From: Octopus sinensis
Lineage: Eukaryota
Assembly: GCF_006345805.1 (NCBI RefSeq)
Contig: NW_021832795.1
Location: forward strand, 1 to 32,204
Reading direction: 5' to 3'
Length of the DNA: 32,204 nt
A model generated the notes under the pieces. That model searched no databases. It was given only the letters and a program-made list of their open reading frames with translations, and was not told the origin of the DNA. Shown here piece by piece: positions 12,284-25,132 of this stretch. The translations under genes and the position numbers were made by a program. The stretch's first letter is position 1. Each line of letters starts with the position of its first letter.

Positions 12284-12320
12284 CACACACACACACACAC
12301 ACATACACACATGAATGCAT
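12248..12320. repeat. (CA)n microsatellite
   Basis: Direct reading. Confidence 0.95.
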
Positions 12321-14056
12321 GCACACATATACTCACTCACGCACATGCACAAATATACACCCTCCCACACATATATACGCAAGAAAAATAGATCTTTTTC
12401 GAGCAAGAAGTTGAATATGCACTTGGAGTCGTTAAAATATTTATAGAACTTTTCTTACTCTGTTTCACAATTTCATTTTCAAATTAGTGCATAATGCAAG
12501 GATCTTCAGGTGCGTCGTACTTGTTTCGATTACAAGAAGGATTTGAACATTCGCTTCTGTATATAAAGAGGTTGCGTTGTAAATCGCTATTAATTTAGGT
12601 AGTGTTTGGTAGGTTGTCAGTAATCAGGATATGAGACAGGAATGTGACGATATCAATGATAGTTCCACCAAAAGTTAAAACTGTGTTGGCCTACTGAATG
12701 TGTCTTGTGACAGCATGGATAGAAATTGCACGTCGTGTCAAGCGACATCATGGACGATAGTTGTACCAAATATTCACTGCATTCTATAAACGCAGTGAAT
12801 ATATCATGTGATAATATGAATCATATGTGTGAGAATCGCAAAACATTACTAGCGAAAGAGATTAAATGATTGCATGAACGTAACAGTAAGTTATGTATCT
12901 GCATAAATGTGATTATAACGTTGCGTATGTGTTTGGTTTCAGAATGTGAACTACGATAGAGTAACTTTCATTCATACAGACACATTATCCTCTGATATAG
13001 TGAGCAACTTCATCCAACCAAATACTTCAACTGATAGCTATTTAAGCTATTATCTTTCCTAAAAAGGATTGTATTTTCAAAATTCAACCCATATGATAGC
13101 TTTGTAGCTGATACTATTTTGCAAATCATAAAATTGTGTAAAACTATAATAAATGAAAATAAAACTGTTTAAAACCTTCAAGTGCATTTTCAACTTCACA
13201 ACTTTTCTTTTGCTTGCTCAACGAAGGGAATATCTAGACGTCAGCAAACGTGTCAAATATGTCATTCAGATTCACAATAAAAAGGAAATCATTCATATTA
13301 GAACAGCAAAAAGTCACGTGCGTATAATCTACACTAGTAAAATCGTATTGAACAGTTTCTGGTACATTTGAACGTGAGACTGTCAGGGCAGAAATTTCTC
13401 CTACACGACATGTGAGAACATATAATAGGCTGTGAATGAAGTCATTAGATCGCATGTCGCATGCGTTTCTGCGTTGTTCCGTGTCATGGTTACACGCACC
13501 AAATCTGTCATTCAGTTTAGTATGCAATCTCAGATAGCCGATGAAGTGGGCATAATTTTAATATCTAACAGTACACATTAAAGAATGATAGCAATATATA
13601 TAGATAGTTAATCCAAACATGGACAAAGAGAAAACCCAATAATGCGAGGACGTAGAACAAGTATAGTGTTATTGGACGCTCAGGAAAGGAAAGAAAGAAG
13701 GTGGAATTAACGTTTCGAGCGGAGCTCTTTGTCAGAAACATAAAAAAAGGAAAGGTCCAAGGAAGGAAAGACGGAGAAAGAAAATCGCCAACGATACACA
13801 CGCGGTCACACACACAACACACACACACACGCATATGTTTGTAAGGTTGTCAATGTATATATATATGCATTTGTGGGTACAGGACGTCACAAAACGAATA
13901 CAACAAAAAATGCGAAATACGTGTACATGGAATATGAACTATATTTCGAACAACGAAAGACACAAATGGAAAACAAGACAAGCAACATAAAGTACGACCC
14001 TTCATCAGTTCTTGACTGTTTTTCAACCCTCGTATTTCGAACATTTAACAAGAGAG

Positions 14057-14089
14057 AGTGTGTGTGTGTGTGTATGAGAGTGAGTGAGT

Positions 14090-14150
<61 letters not shown>
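14057..14150. repeat. (GT)n-(GAGT)n-(GA)n compound microsatellite
   Basis: Direct reading. Confidence 0.95.
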
Positions 14151-14153
<3 letters not shown>

Positions 14154-14353
14154 AGATAGAAGTAATGTTTATCGTCACATCAGTTTGCCTGTTCTGTAGG
14201 AACCGACGTTACTACCATTTTTAACCCCAGAAGAATCCTCATTCTGCTGACCGTCGATGCAGTCTGCACCCGATATATACTGCAAGCAGGGAAGCGACCC
14301 ATACCATCTTGTAGCAGAAGACAGAATCATCAGACCTTACGATTTCGGTCATG

Positions 14354-14556
14354 TGATCTGGCAAAATCGTTACCGCATCGAGCGAAATGTTTACCGGCTT
14401 TTCGTCTGTCTTTACTTTCAAATTTCGCTGAAGTCAACTTTACCTTTTATCCTTTCAGGGTCAATAAAATAAGTATCAGTAGAGTACTGGGGTCGATGTA
14501 ATTGACTGACGCACTCCCATGACATTGCTGGTCCTTTGCCAAAATTTGAAATCAAT
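14354..14556 (+). mobile_element. Diverged tRNA-derived SINE (family B)
   Basis: tgatctggcaaaatcgtta...gcgaaatg...ttcaaatttcgctgaagtcaactttaccttttatcctttcagggtcaataaaataagtatcagt...ctggggtcgatgtaattgact is colinear with the reverse complement of 30487-30678. Confidence 0.8.
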
Positions 14557-15479
14557 ATGTGTGTGTTTGTTTGTGTGCGTGTGTGCGTGTATCTGTGTAT
14601 GTGAGATATTTTCTCAATGTTTAAGATTCAGTATATATGAACATTTGTATATTGAATTTACTTTACATGTATGTAAATACGTATCAGAAAATATATACAA
14701 AATACAGATAAATATTGCATATTTTCACACGCATCAACCTAGATTGTATCCAAACATATGCTATCTTTATATGGCTTCTTTTGGTTTGTATTTCACTAAA
14801 ACGTCCACCTTATATTTCATTCAAATCTATCTCGTTTCATTCATAAATTCTAAATCTATTCTACTACATTCCATTTTAATCATCAATCCCATCATCCATC
14901 TACTCATCGACCAACCCATCCATTCATATATGGATTCAGTCATACACCTACCCGTACTACTCAATAATGTCATTTATATTTTATCGGTGCAGCCACTCGT
15001 CCAGTTTTCTCTCAATCCAGTTACCCTTCAGTTGTAAATTCATACTTTCAATTTTACATCGATGCATCCATGCGTCCATCCAAACGCACATGTCTTCAGG
15101 CACACATGAACACACATCTACACATAGACAGACGCATATACACACATACACAGACACACAGAGAAGCGCATAACCAGATACACGCTCTCATATTTCAGTT
15201 AACACGCACATATACATCCGATGCGGTCATTCATATCTTCTCCGACTAACCATTTGTTTAGCCAGCCATCAGCCCAGCCAACCTTCAGTTGTGCATTGAT
15301 ACATTCATTGATTCATTCATAAATTTAGATAATCGTCCATCCATTCACCTAGCCAACCATTCAATCAGTTATTTATCCATCTGTCCACCCATGCTTCCAG
15401 CATTGTGTTCGCCCGTACACACATACATGCATCCAACCTAACCATTGTTCATTCTCATGCGTGCAGGCGTTTTTCTGTA

Positions 15480-15930
15480 TACCAACGCAACTGCACATAT
15501 ATGTACACATGCTCATACCGATACACACGCATACACATGTGTATGTGTGCATGGGTGTGTGTAATTGTATATGTATATATATATATATATATACGTATGT
15601 GCGTGTGTGTGCGTATATATATGAATATATATGAATATATGCATGTATTTGTGTGGACGTATATGTGTATATACATAATGTGTGTGAGTGTATGTGTGTG
15701 TGTGCGTACACATATACACACTTCTACATAATTACAAAGTTACTAGACATTTGTATGCAGGCGTTCAATCACACACGCACACACACACATATAGATGTTA
15801 ACATATATATATATATATATATATATGTATACATGTATGTATGTATGTATGCTTATTTCGCCCACAGACAGAGCTATACATTAACCTATGCCCACATACA
15901 CATGCACACGTATAAACAGACATATGTACA
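15480..15930. repeat. Mixed (CA/TG/TA)n low-complexity region
   Basis: Direct reading. Confidence 0.9.
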
Positions 15931-16401
15931 GACAGGCGTCTAAGCTTACATAGAGATGCATAAGTCTGTTAAATTGACTATCAATGGCGGTTGTGTGAAA
16001 TCCCAGCTGGCGGAAAATCTGTTAAACTGAAATAATCAATAAAAATATAAAAATAACATAAGAATAAAATTAAATTTAGAAAAAAAAGTAAATAAATAAA
16101 ACGATGCCAGTGCTTGCAGGCAACTGCAAGAGTGTGTTTGCCAAAGTTGATCCTGGAGGCCAGCAAGTTCTTCACTGTAATTGGACCAAGAGGTTCTTAT
16201 TTTCTGTTTTTATTTTGATATTTTGTTTTTAGAGATCCTTGTAACTAAATGTTAAACCATTTCCAACACTTGACTTGACTTAAAGACATGAATATTTCAA
16301 GCGGTGATTTGAAACATTCAATAATTTAAGGATCGTTTGAACCTATTTAACTTTATTTTCACGTCATTTCTAATTATTAATAATCGTTGAACAATGTTTT
16401 C

Positions 16402-16432
<31 letters not shown>

Positions 16433-16885
16433 TGAATTTTTTGTTTTTATCTTTTTCCATCTTTTTTTTTTTCACGGTTTAATTTACTTTTCTGCATTTT
16501 TGTTTACTTTTAATTTTTGTTTATTTTATTCTTTATTTTTTTATTATTTTTTTTTTGCATTTTTATTTACAAATTTTTAGCAGAGAATTTAATTTGTACA
16601 CGAAGTAAAAATAAAGATAAAAATAAAAATAAAAATAAAATTAAAATAAAATAAAAGTCAGTAGCGAATAGAAAAGGAAGAAAAGAAAGAACGTGAAAGA
16701 AGGAAGGAAAGAAAGAAAACACGTAAAAGAAAACAGAGTAAAGGAATAAAACAACATTGTTGTGAAATAAAAATCAATATTTTAAAAGGGGAAAAATATT
16801 TATTCATTCTTCTTAGGTTATTTTACATTATTTTTTCTTTTCAAAAATTTTACATGAATATATACATACATACATACATATATAC

Positions 16886-16925
<40 letters not shown>

Positions 16926-16993
16926 TCGTTATTTCTTCTTTATGTATTTTTAGATTTATTTTTCAACTTTTTAAAAAAATTTCTATTTATTTA

Positions 16994-17150
16994 TTTTGGC
17001 GGCAAGATCTGATTTCAGTACGCCATTTTAGCTGCCAATCGGCGGCGAAAGCAACATGGCTGTCTGTGAAGGTGGCAAGAGCTACGCTGAAATTACTTTA
17101 AAGTGTGATTTTCTATTCATTTCTCTCAATAGACATAGGCGGAAAGCAAC
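16994..17150. promoter_or_regulatory. Candidate promoter: small GC-rich island with YY1-, E2F- and CCAAT-like motifs
   Basis: TTTTGGCGGC (16994), CGCCATTTT (17021, YY1 core), CCAATC (17035), GGCGGCGAAA (17041) and AACATGGC (17053) lie within 70 bp, directly after about 800 bp of poly(dA:dT)-rich DNA. Motif match only. Confidence 0.35.
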
Positions 17151-17194
17151 ACTCACGCTATCATATCACAGCGACACCTTCATAAGAACTAGAA

Positions 17195-17459
17195 AACACA
17201 CACACACACACACCACACACACACGCACACACACACACGCACACACACACTCACACACACACACACACACTCACACACACGCACGCACTCACACATTCAT
17301 AGATGCTCATTCAAACGTACCTATACATACGTGCCGAAGTATCAGGGAATGCGTGTGTGATTGTGTAAATTCTTCTATGTGGACATGTTGTGAAATTTGT
17401 TGTCTATGTGATGATGTGTGTACGACGGCTAGTATATATATATAATATATATACATATG

Positions 17460-17515
<56 letters not shown>

Positions 17516-17615
17516 ATATATACATATGTATATATATTTATACATATATATATATATATATTATATATATATATATATAATATATATATATGCATACACA
17601 TACATACACACACAC

Positions 17616-17646
<31 letters not shown>

Positions 17647-17775
17647 CTTGCCGTCGTGTATGTATGTATGCACACAAGCACGCACACACACATAAATTCA
17701 TGCATGCATGCATACATACATACAAACATACAAACATACATATATACATACATACATACATACACATATATACAT
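17195..17775. repeat. (CA)n and (TA)n microsatellite block
   Basis: Direct reading. Confidence 0.93.
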
Positions 17776-20334
17776 AGATACGTGCTTAAGTTTAGAAAAG
17801 ATGTTGTAATGTGCTACTCTTTAGTGAAGCATCGATTACGGAGAGTCATTGTTTTTCTTGTTGCTTAGGTCAAAATCAGCCCCTTTTGATGCTGACATTT
17901 CTTTCAAGTAATCAGCAATAAATTTCAAACATGACCATCCCTCTATTTTCTCATACTGTATGTAGACGATATAATCCAATGTTTTTGACATTAATATAAA
18001 ATTGAAAGTAGTTTGAGGATGAATCCACGTGTAAACGTTCTCTCTGAGACGCCTGGCCTCATATCGGATATGAAGTAAGCATCCAGAAGTAAGTAGCAAG
18101 GTAGTATTTTATATTGACCTTCAGGTACACGTGATGATACAGTGAGGCTGATTTACAGCTAGACCAATTAATTATTAGGATATTAGCAACCGACAACTGC
18201 TACAACTTCCTTGAAAATTTTCTACTACAACTTCCTCGAAAATTTTCGGAGATGCTAATACATAAGAAAACGTTGTATAAAGAAATATGTTTCACACGTT
18301 GCACACACAACGGTGAAAATCCTCATGGTGCGTTCAACGTGTTAGCAGTAGTCGTAATTTCTTTCAAAGAAATTTGTAAAAATCTATAATAATCAACGAA
18401 AGAATGGTGACAGTATGCTTTACATCGTTTTATTTGTGAGATGTACAGTTACAGCCAGAACCGAATAGGTCCAAATTAGTATGCTTCCCTAGAAGTTAGA
18501 AATTACAGTCAAATGAACTTCAACTTAACATGGCAAAATGGCCGGATCTGGTTTTAATAATGTGGCCAATCAGAGATCATCTGGGCGTAAAATATCTACA
18601 GTAGTCAAAATTGTAGCTATAGGAACTATGAGACTAGGAAGTTGTTGAACTATTTGTGAAAAATAGCTGCCAACGTTTTCATATTGCACCTATTGTCTTA
18701 AAAAATAAGAGGGTATATTACTTCATTACGTAACGCTGTATCTGAGGAAAGAGCACGAATGAGATATGCCTTTGATCATAGGTATCTCCAATGAAGAATG
18801 ACTTGGACTGAACACAATAATAATAAAGTAATTTGTATTTGAACGTATATGGTAATTATGCCTTTCAATTAAGCATGGGTTCAGAAGATTCACCCGAACC
18901 ATGTGTGTTAGTTTACCTGTATATATTCAACGGTAGACTTAATGGCTTATATCGCTGTGACACTTTTAATAGATGTTAAAATTTTATCATAAGGTAATAT
19001 GAACATCTAATGGACTGCAATGTTTATATCTAACATATATAGATTTAGAAAACATCTCTTTCGTCTCTTCAAAAGATTGAAACTAAAACTCATAGAGTGT
19101 ATAAGCTAAAAGCAAGCAATTTTATTGACAATACGATAGACGTTAACTACAGGTATATATCATCTAAGCAACGTGCTCAGCGAAAATTTGCAGCATAAGG
19201 AAAAGGAATTTGTACTGCATTGCAGTTATGTTTAAAAATAATTACCTCAAAATTTTAGTTCCCGGTTATGTAACACCTCATGTAAGGAAGATGAATGTAT
19301 TCAAACGAAGATCTGTCACGAAGTGGTCTTTGCAGTAAGAGAAACAACTACTACAATTTTCCGTGAGAAATATCAGAAAATATGCTACTTATTACTTCTC
19401 CTATTCTTGAAGCAGCTGAATCACGAGAAAATTTCTAAATCAAATAAAAATACACTTCAGCAATCCTCAAATATTTACTAATCCTCAAGTATCGGTGGAA
19501 TCTTTAAAGATAGTTATAAAAAAATCAGGCATGCAAATGGTCTCAACTTAGCGAAAACATTGTCAAATATTTCCCAAAATAAACGAACTGTCCGTTATAC
19601 AATTTAATGACGTGATAGCTTTAGCCCTGATTTGTATTACCTAAACTATCGATGAATGATAAACTCTGTAGTCTGTTGCATTGATGTGTTCTTATAAATA
19701 TGTCAATAACTGTATATTATGTCAGTTTAACAGTTAAGACGTATAAATTTCATTATAATCACACTTTCAGACAACCAAAATACATTCAGATCTTTAAAAG
19801 ATAAGCGCGAGAATTTCGACAAATAACTTACACGAGTAAACTTTAAAATATATAAAAAAAAAAATTCCAAGGATTATCTCTCGTCTCTACGAATAAACTA
19901 GTAATATCATTCCAAAGTCGAATTATCTTGAATGGATATTCCGTAATTGTATCTTTTTGCAGGTACAAAATTTATTTCGTATGAAGTATTGTAGATACCA
20001 TATTGTTAATCTTTGACTTATTGTATTTTAAATAGACACCACGCTGTCATATTCCTTGATACATACTTCATTTTACTCGCCTAACCTGCGTACATTTTTT
20101 ATAAATTTATACCCACTCATAAAATCCCTCGCATATAATAGCATAACGATCAGCGATTATATGTTATCTTTATTCTACACCATATCTTATATTATTTTCC
20201 CTATAGCCTTCCTTACATACTATTCAGTGATCCATCTCCAGCTAAACTTGACCACAACTCTCTCACCTCTATCCATTTTGTCCCGTTTGAAAAATGTTAA
20301 CTCTCTTTAAACGTCTCGTTTCTCTTACATTCTA

Positions 20335-20720
20335 AGGGGAAGCACTCCGTCGGTTACGACGACGAGGGTTCCGGTTGATCCGAATCAACGGAACAGCCTG
20401 CTCGTGAAATTAACGGGTAAGTGGCTGAGCACTCCACAGACACGTGTACCCTTAACGTAGTTCTCGGGGATATTCAGCGTGACACAGAGAGTGACAAGGC
20501 CGGCCCTTTGAAATACAGGTACAACAGAAACAGGAAGTAAGAGTGAGAGAAAGTTGTGGTGAAAGAGTACAGCAGGGATCACCACCATCCCCTGCCGGAG
20601 ACTCGTGGATCTTTAGGTGTTTTCGCTCAATAAACACTCACAACGCCCGGTCTGGGAATCGAAACCGCGATCCTATGACCGCGAGTCCGCTGCCCTAACC
20701 ACTGGGCCATTGCGCCTCCA
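20335..20720 (-). mobile_element. Full-length young tRNA-derived SINE (family C), 386 bp, with 13-bp TSD
   Basis: Minus-strand head tggaggcgcaatggcccagtggttagggcagcggactcgcggtcataggatcgcggtttcgattccc has an A box (TGGCCCAGTGG, 20699-20709) and a B-box-like GTTTCGATTCC (20655-20665). An identical direct repeat CTCTTACATTCTA flanks it at 20322-20334 and 20721-20733. Confidence 0.95.
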
Positions 20721-21060
20721 CTCTTACATTCTACAGCTATGTTGGTAATAGCGTTTGTAAACCATTTCTTTACAAACGCTATTACAAACAACCAATTAAG
20801 TCATGTTGTTATATGCGCATATTTCTACATTTCCAACTTAAATATATACATGCATACACACGCGCACACACACATACACACATACATATACACATACATA
20901 TACACATACAAAAAAGAACGCACTCGTAAACATCCTAAAAGTATAAGTGAATGTGTGGTTAACATTAAGGCAATTGAAAATTGTGATAAAAATAAAATGG
21001 TTGGAAACCTAAAACACACACACAGACCTTTGGATATTTTTACTGTTGTATTGTATTGTA

Positions 21061-22363
21061 TGAGGGGCTGCTGTAAAGTTGATAGGCTGACCAAGACACT
21101 CTCATAGAATGTGGCCAAATGCAGTTGATTTGTAATCATAATCTACTTTGCGGTCGACACCCTTCTTTCATCGGTGTTTCAGATTTTGGATCCTTTTGGG
21201 GAAGAAGCTTTCATCCAGTTGGTCGAGAAATAAAGCCATTAACAGCAGATTCGACGTCAGTATCACTGCGTCACTGTTTCCCAACCTAGTATTTTTTTCA
21301 TGTTGGGGAACAGATGATTGTCAGATGGGGCCAAATCAACGAGTTCAAAGCCACACTCACGCACAGCATCCATTTAAACCAAGGATTGTGTGCTGGAGGA
21401 TTTGACCTGAGGAAACAGAACCCCTTTCCTCAGTTTTCCCGGGCCTTTAGTTTTGACGGCCGTTTGTAACTGCCTCAGAAATTTGACGTAGTTCTCACCA
21501 TTGATGGTGTTGCCCTCTTGAAGATATTCAATAAACACAATGCCTTTTTCACTTCAAATATTGAGTCCATCACCGTTTCTGCAGATAAAACGACCTTGGT
21601 ATCTTTGAAGCAGGCTAGAAGGCGTGTTTCCACTGCATGGATTATCGCTTTGTCTCTGTCTCAAAGAGATTAAGCCAACACTCATCCTGGATTAGTAAAC
21701 GTTCGTGGAAATCAACTGGATCTGCCTCAAATAATGTTAGATTTTCCCGTGACGTGATCAACCTGGAGTGCTTTTGATCAGGTGTCAGAAGACGTGGCAC
21801 ACACCAAGCAAAAACCGTCGTCACGTCTAGTTCAATGTACAGAATATTCTCTCTTATGGGATATGCTAATAACATTGGCTATTTGATTCTTAATCAATCG
21901 CGTGTCATCCATCACCATGCAGTGAACACCATCAATGTTTTCGTCGGTTGTGGCAGTTGCAAGATGTCCAGACCTTGGGTCATCTTCAAGACTTTCACTT
22001 CCTCTTCTAAATTCAGCTGACCACTTTCGCACTCTTGATAAAGCTGGGATGCCATTCTTATAGCAGCAACCATATCAACATGGATGCCCTTTGGGCCTAA
22101 ACCGTTTTCTGCAGGATCTTGATAAGGCCATAATTCAGGACGTGCCATTTTCCTTTATCTATAAAATTTCTTAATCTGCTTGCAAAGTGGCCCTAGTTAG
22201 ATTAACCCTCTGCATCAGCAATAAACAAGTGGGTCTATGATCAAAAACATTAGAGCCAAAACAATCCCGTTTTCCTCTTTACTAAGAAATAATTTCATCC
22301 TGAATCCTATTCATTTACTTGAGTCAGCAAGCTAAGGTCTGGAATAGATTCGGCAGCCATTTG
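21061..22363 (-). mobile_element. Decayed mariner DNA transposon (Himar1/irritans-like), about 1.3 kb
   Basis: Transposase remnants inside, TA dinucleotides at 21059-60 and 22364-65, and degenerate inverted termini sharing GGCTGC. Length is typical of mariner. The right boundary is less certain. Confidence 0.9.
21128..22162 (-). pseudogene. mariner transposase pseudogene (frameshifts, stops, start codon apparently ATA)
   Basis: Fragments KWSAEFRRGSESLEDDPRSGHLATATTDENID, CVPRLLTPDQK (WVPRLL motif), QDECW (first catalytic D), GIVFIEYLQEGNTINGENY and AVRECGFELVD-LAPSDNHLFPNMKK are colinear with Himar1-type transposase. Confidence 0.93.
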
Positions 22364-22799
22364 TATCAGATTGGGTTTCTTTTGGCTCTCTTTGTTGGTG
22401 GTGATTGATTTTTATTACAATCGTCTTCGTTGTTATTCATATCTTTATCATGGCTGTTGATGTTCTTCATGTCTATATTTATTTTCGCGCGCACTTTACG
22501 CACATCCCACACCCCATTTTAATCATAAAAACGTTTTTCTGTGTATATATCCCACAACGTAGTTCGTAACATTGACAACGACTGCAAACACAAACGTACA
22601 TCCCTCATACACATGCAGCATATAAGATAATACGCCGAGAGAAACCAATATATATACACACACACACATCAACACGAGAATTCGCACAAACTCACAGGTG
22701 CCTCTTCTCCTATTAATTAAAAAATACACATACCTCATAGTCATTAAGCGCGCGTGCACACACATATAGAAACAAACACAAACACATATATAGATTTAT

Positions 22800-22807
22800 G
22801 TATATAT

Positions 22808-22853
<46 letters not shown>

Positions 22854-23255
22854 ATATATATATATACATATACATACATATATATGTATATAAACAGGAA
22901 GAGAGAGAGGAAGAGAGAGGAAGAGAGAGCGAGATTTATGTATACCTACACATATATACCAACTCACACATATACATAGATTCACAAATGTAGACATAAC
23001 TTCATATAAAATATATCAATATATATATTTACATGTGTATGTATATATACATACAAACACAAATTTACCTATATACATAATTTATATGTATATATATATA
23101 TATATATACATAATTTATATAGTGTATTATATATATATATATAATGTTGATATACATATACGTACTTGCATACATACATACATACATACGTACACGCATA
23201 CATACATTAATAAGTACATACATACATACATACATACATGCATACACACACACAC

Positions 23256-23299
<44 letters not shown>

Positions 23300-23300
23300 C
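22800..23300. repeat. (TA)n/(CATA)n/(GA)n compound microsatellites
   Basis: Direct reading. Confidence 0.92.
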
Positions 23301-24186
23301 TCAGGTAGCTAATATCATTTCTTTTATTAGTTTCTAAGTTCCTTCTGGATAATAGACAGAGAGATTCAATGAGGTCAATTGTAATATTTTTTATAAGGTT
23401 GTAGGCTAAGGAGCGAGATGTAATCGTGGGCAGAAATGGACTCGATAACATTATAACAACTTTCACTTTCGTTTCTACCATACTTCTTCTTGTTGTTGTT
23501 CTTATTTTTTTTCCTATACGTCTTACTTTTCATTAACTCCTCATTTCTCCTGCACTTACTTATTTACTTCCATATAGTTGGTCTTTTCTTTTATTGATAT
23601 CATTCTTTAATGTCTATCGTTCTTCTTCCCTTTCTTTCCCCACAATCTTTCATCTTTTTTTGTTTGTTGTTACTAATCTCCTGCTTTACTTTTCTCGCTC
23701 TTTAAATATGTTACGTTTTCCTCACCAACACTAACAGACCTATACATATACGTACATATAAACCCACGTGATCCCTCTGTTGTTCCGACGCTGTCTCTAT
23801 GTAATACATACTCGATATGTCTATCTAAAACTATACTGGAGTTTCATCAATTTTCATTCCGTCTCATACAGCCATTTGCGTTTTTTTTTCCATATATACT
23901 CACTCGTCTTTCTCAAAGGTTTCCACTTTTTTCTGTGTACACAGACATATACACATATACATGTATGTATGTGTATTTGTATGTATGTATGTATGGATGG
24001 ATGGATAGAAGTGTGCGTGTGCGTCCCTGTGCGCGTGCGCGTGTATGTTTGCACGTGTGTGCTCATGTGTTTGTGTTTGTGTGTGTGAATATGTGTGTAC
24101 AGACAATGAGCGAGAGAGAGGAGGTGAGAGAACGAAAGAATCGGGGAGATTCAAATATTAAATGTAAATATTCTCGTATCGAGAAA

Positions 24187-24701
<515 letters not shown>

Positions 24702-25089
24702 CTTTATCGTATTGATCTGTAGAACTGTTGTCTTCCAAAGCAGCATCATGTGATGCGTTTTTGTCTGTGTGTCTATGTGTATGTAATACATGCATATGCG
24801 TGTACGTATTAACTTCAATGCGAATGCTTATATCTCACACTATACAGAAATATAGACACAGCACACAAGAAAAACAACAAACAAATATGATACTATACAT
24901 GTATTTACATATGTGACACATACACGCATAATCTTATGTGACATACACATATTAGTATTACATTTTATATTTTTATATGCATACATATATACATACAAAA
25001 CCCATATCAAAATATATATGTATATTTATACGTGTGTATATGTATTATATGTATATATGTTTATACATCTGTACATCTCTGAGTGTGTG

Positions 25090-25101
25090 TATACACATTC
25101 G

Positions 25102-25132
<31 letters not shown>

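Noticed and set aside
12724-12745. AATTGCAC (miR-92/25-type seed)
   Set aside because: The rest does not match the family and no proper pre-miRNA hairpin forms.
12770-12802. 11-bp-stem hairpin ATATTCACTGC/GCAGTGAATAT
   Set aside because: Roughly one such stem is expected by chance in 32 kb of AT-rich DNA.
18200-18247. 25-bp tandem duplication ctacaacttcc(t/c)gaaaattttc
   Set aside because: Two copies only. Not CRISPR-like, and the genome is eukaryotic.
20640-20720. tRNA-like sequence
   Set aside because: It is the head of a SINE: it continues into the SINE body, is flanked by TSDs and lacks a proper cloverleaf.
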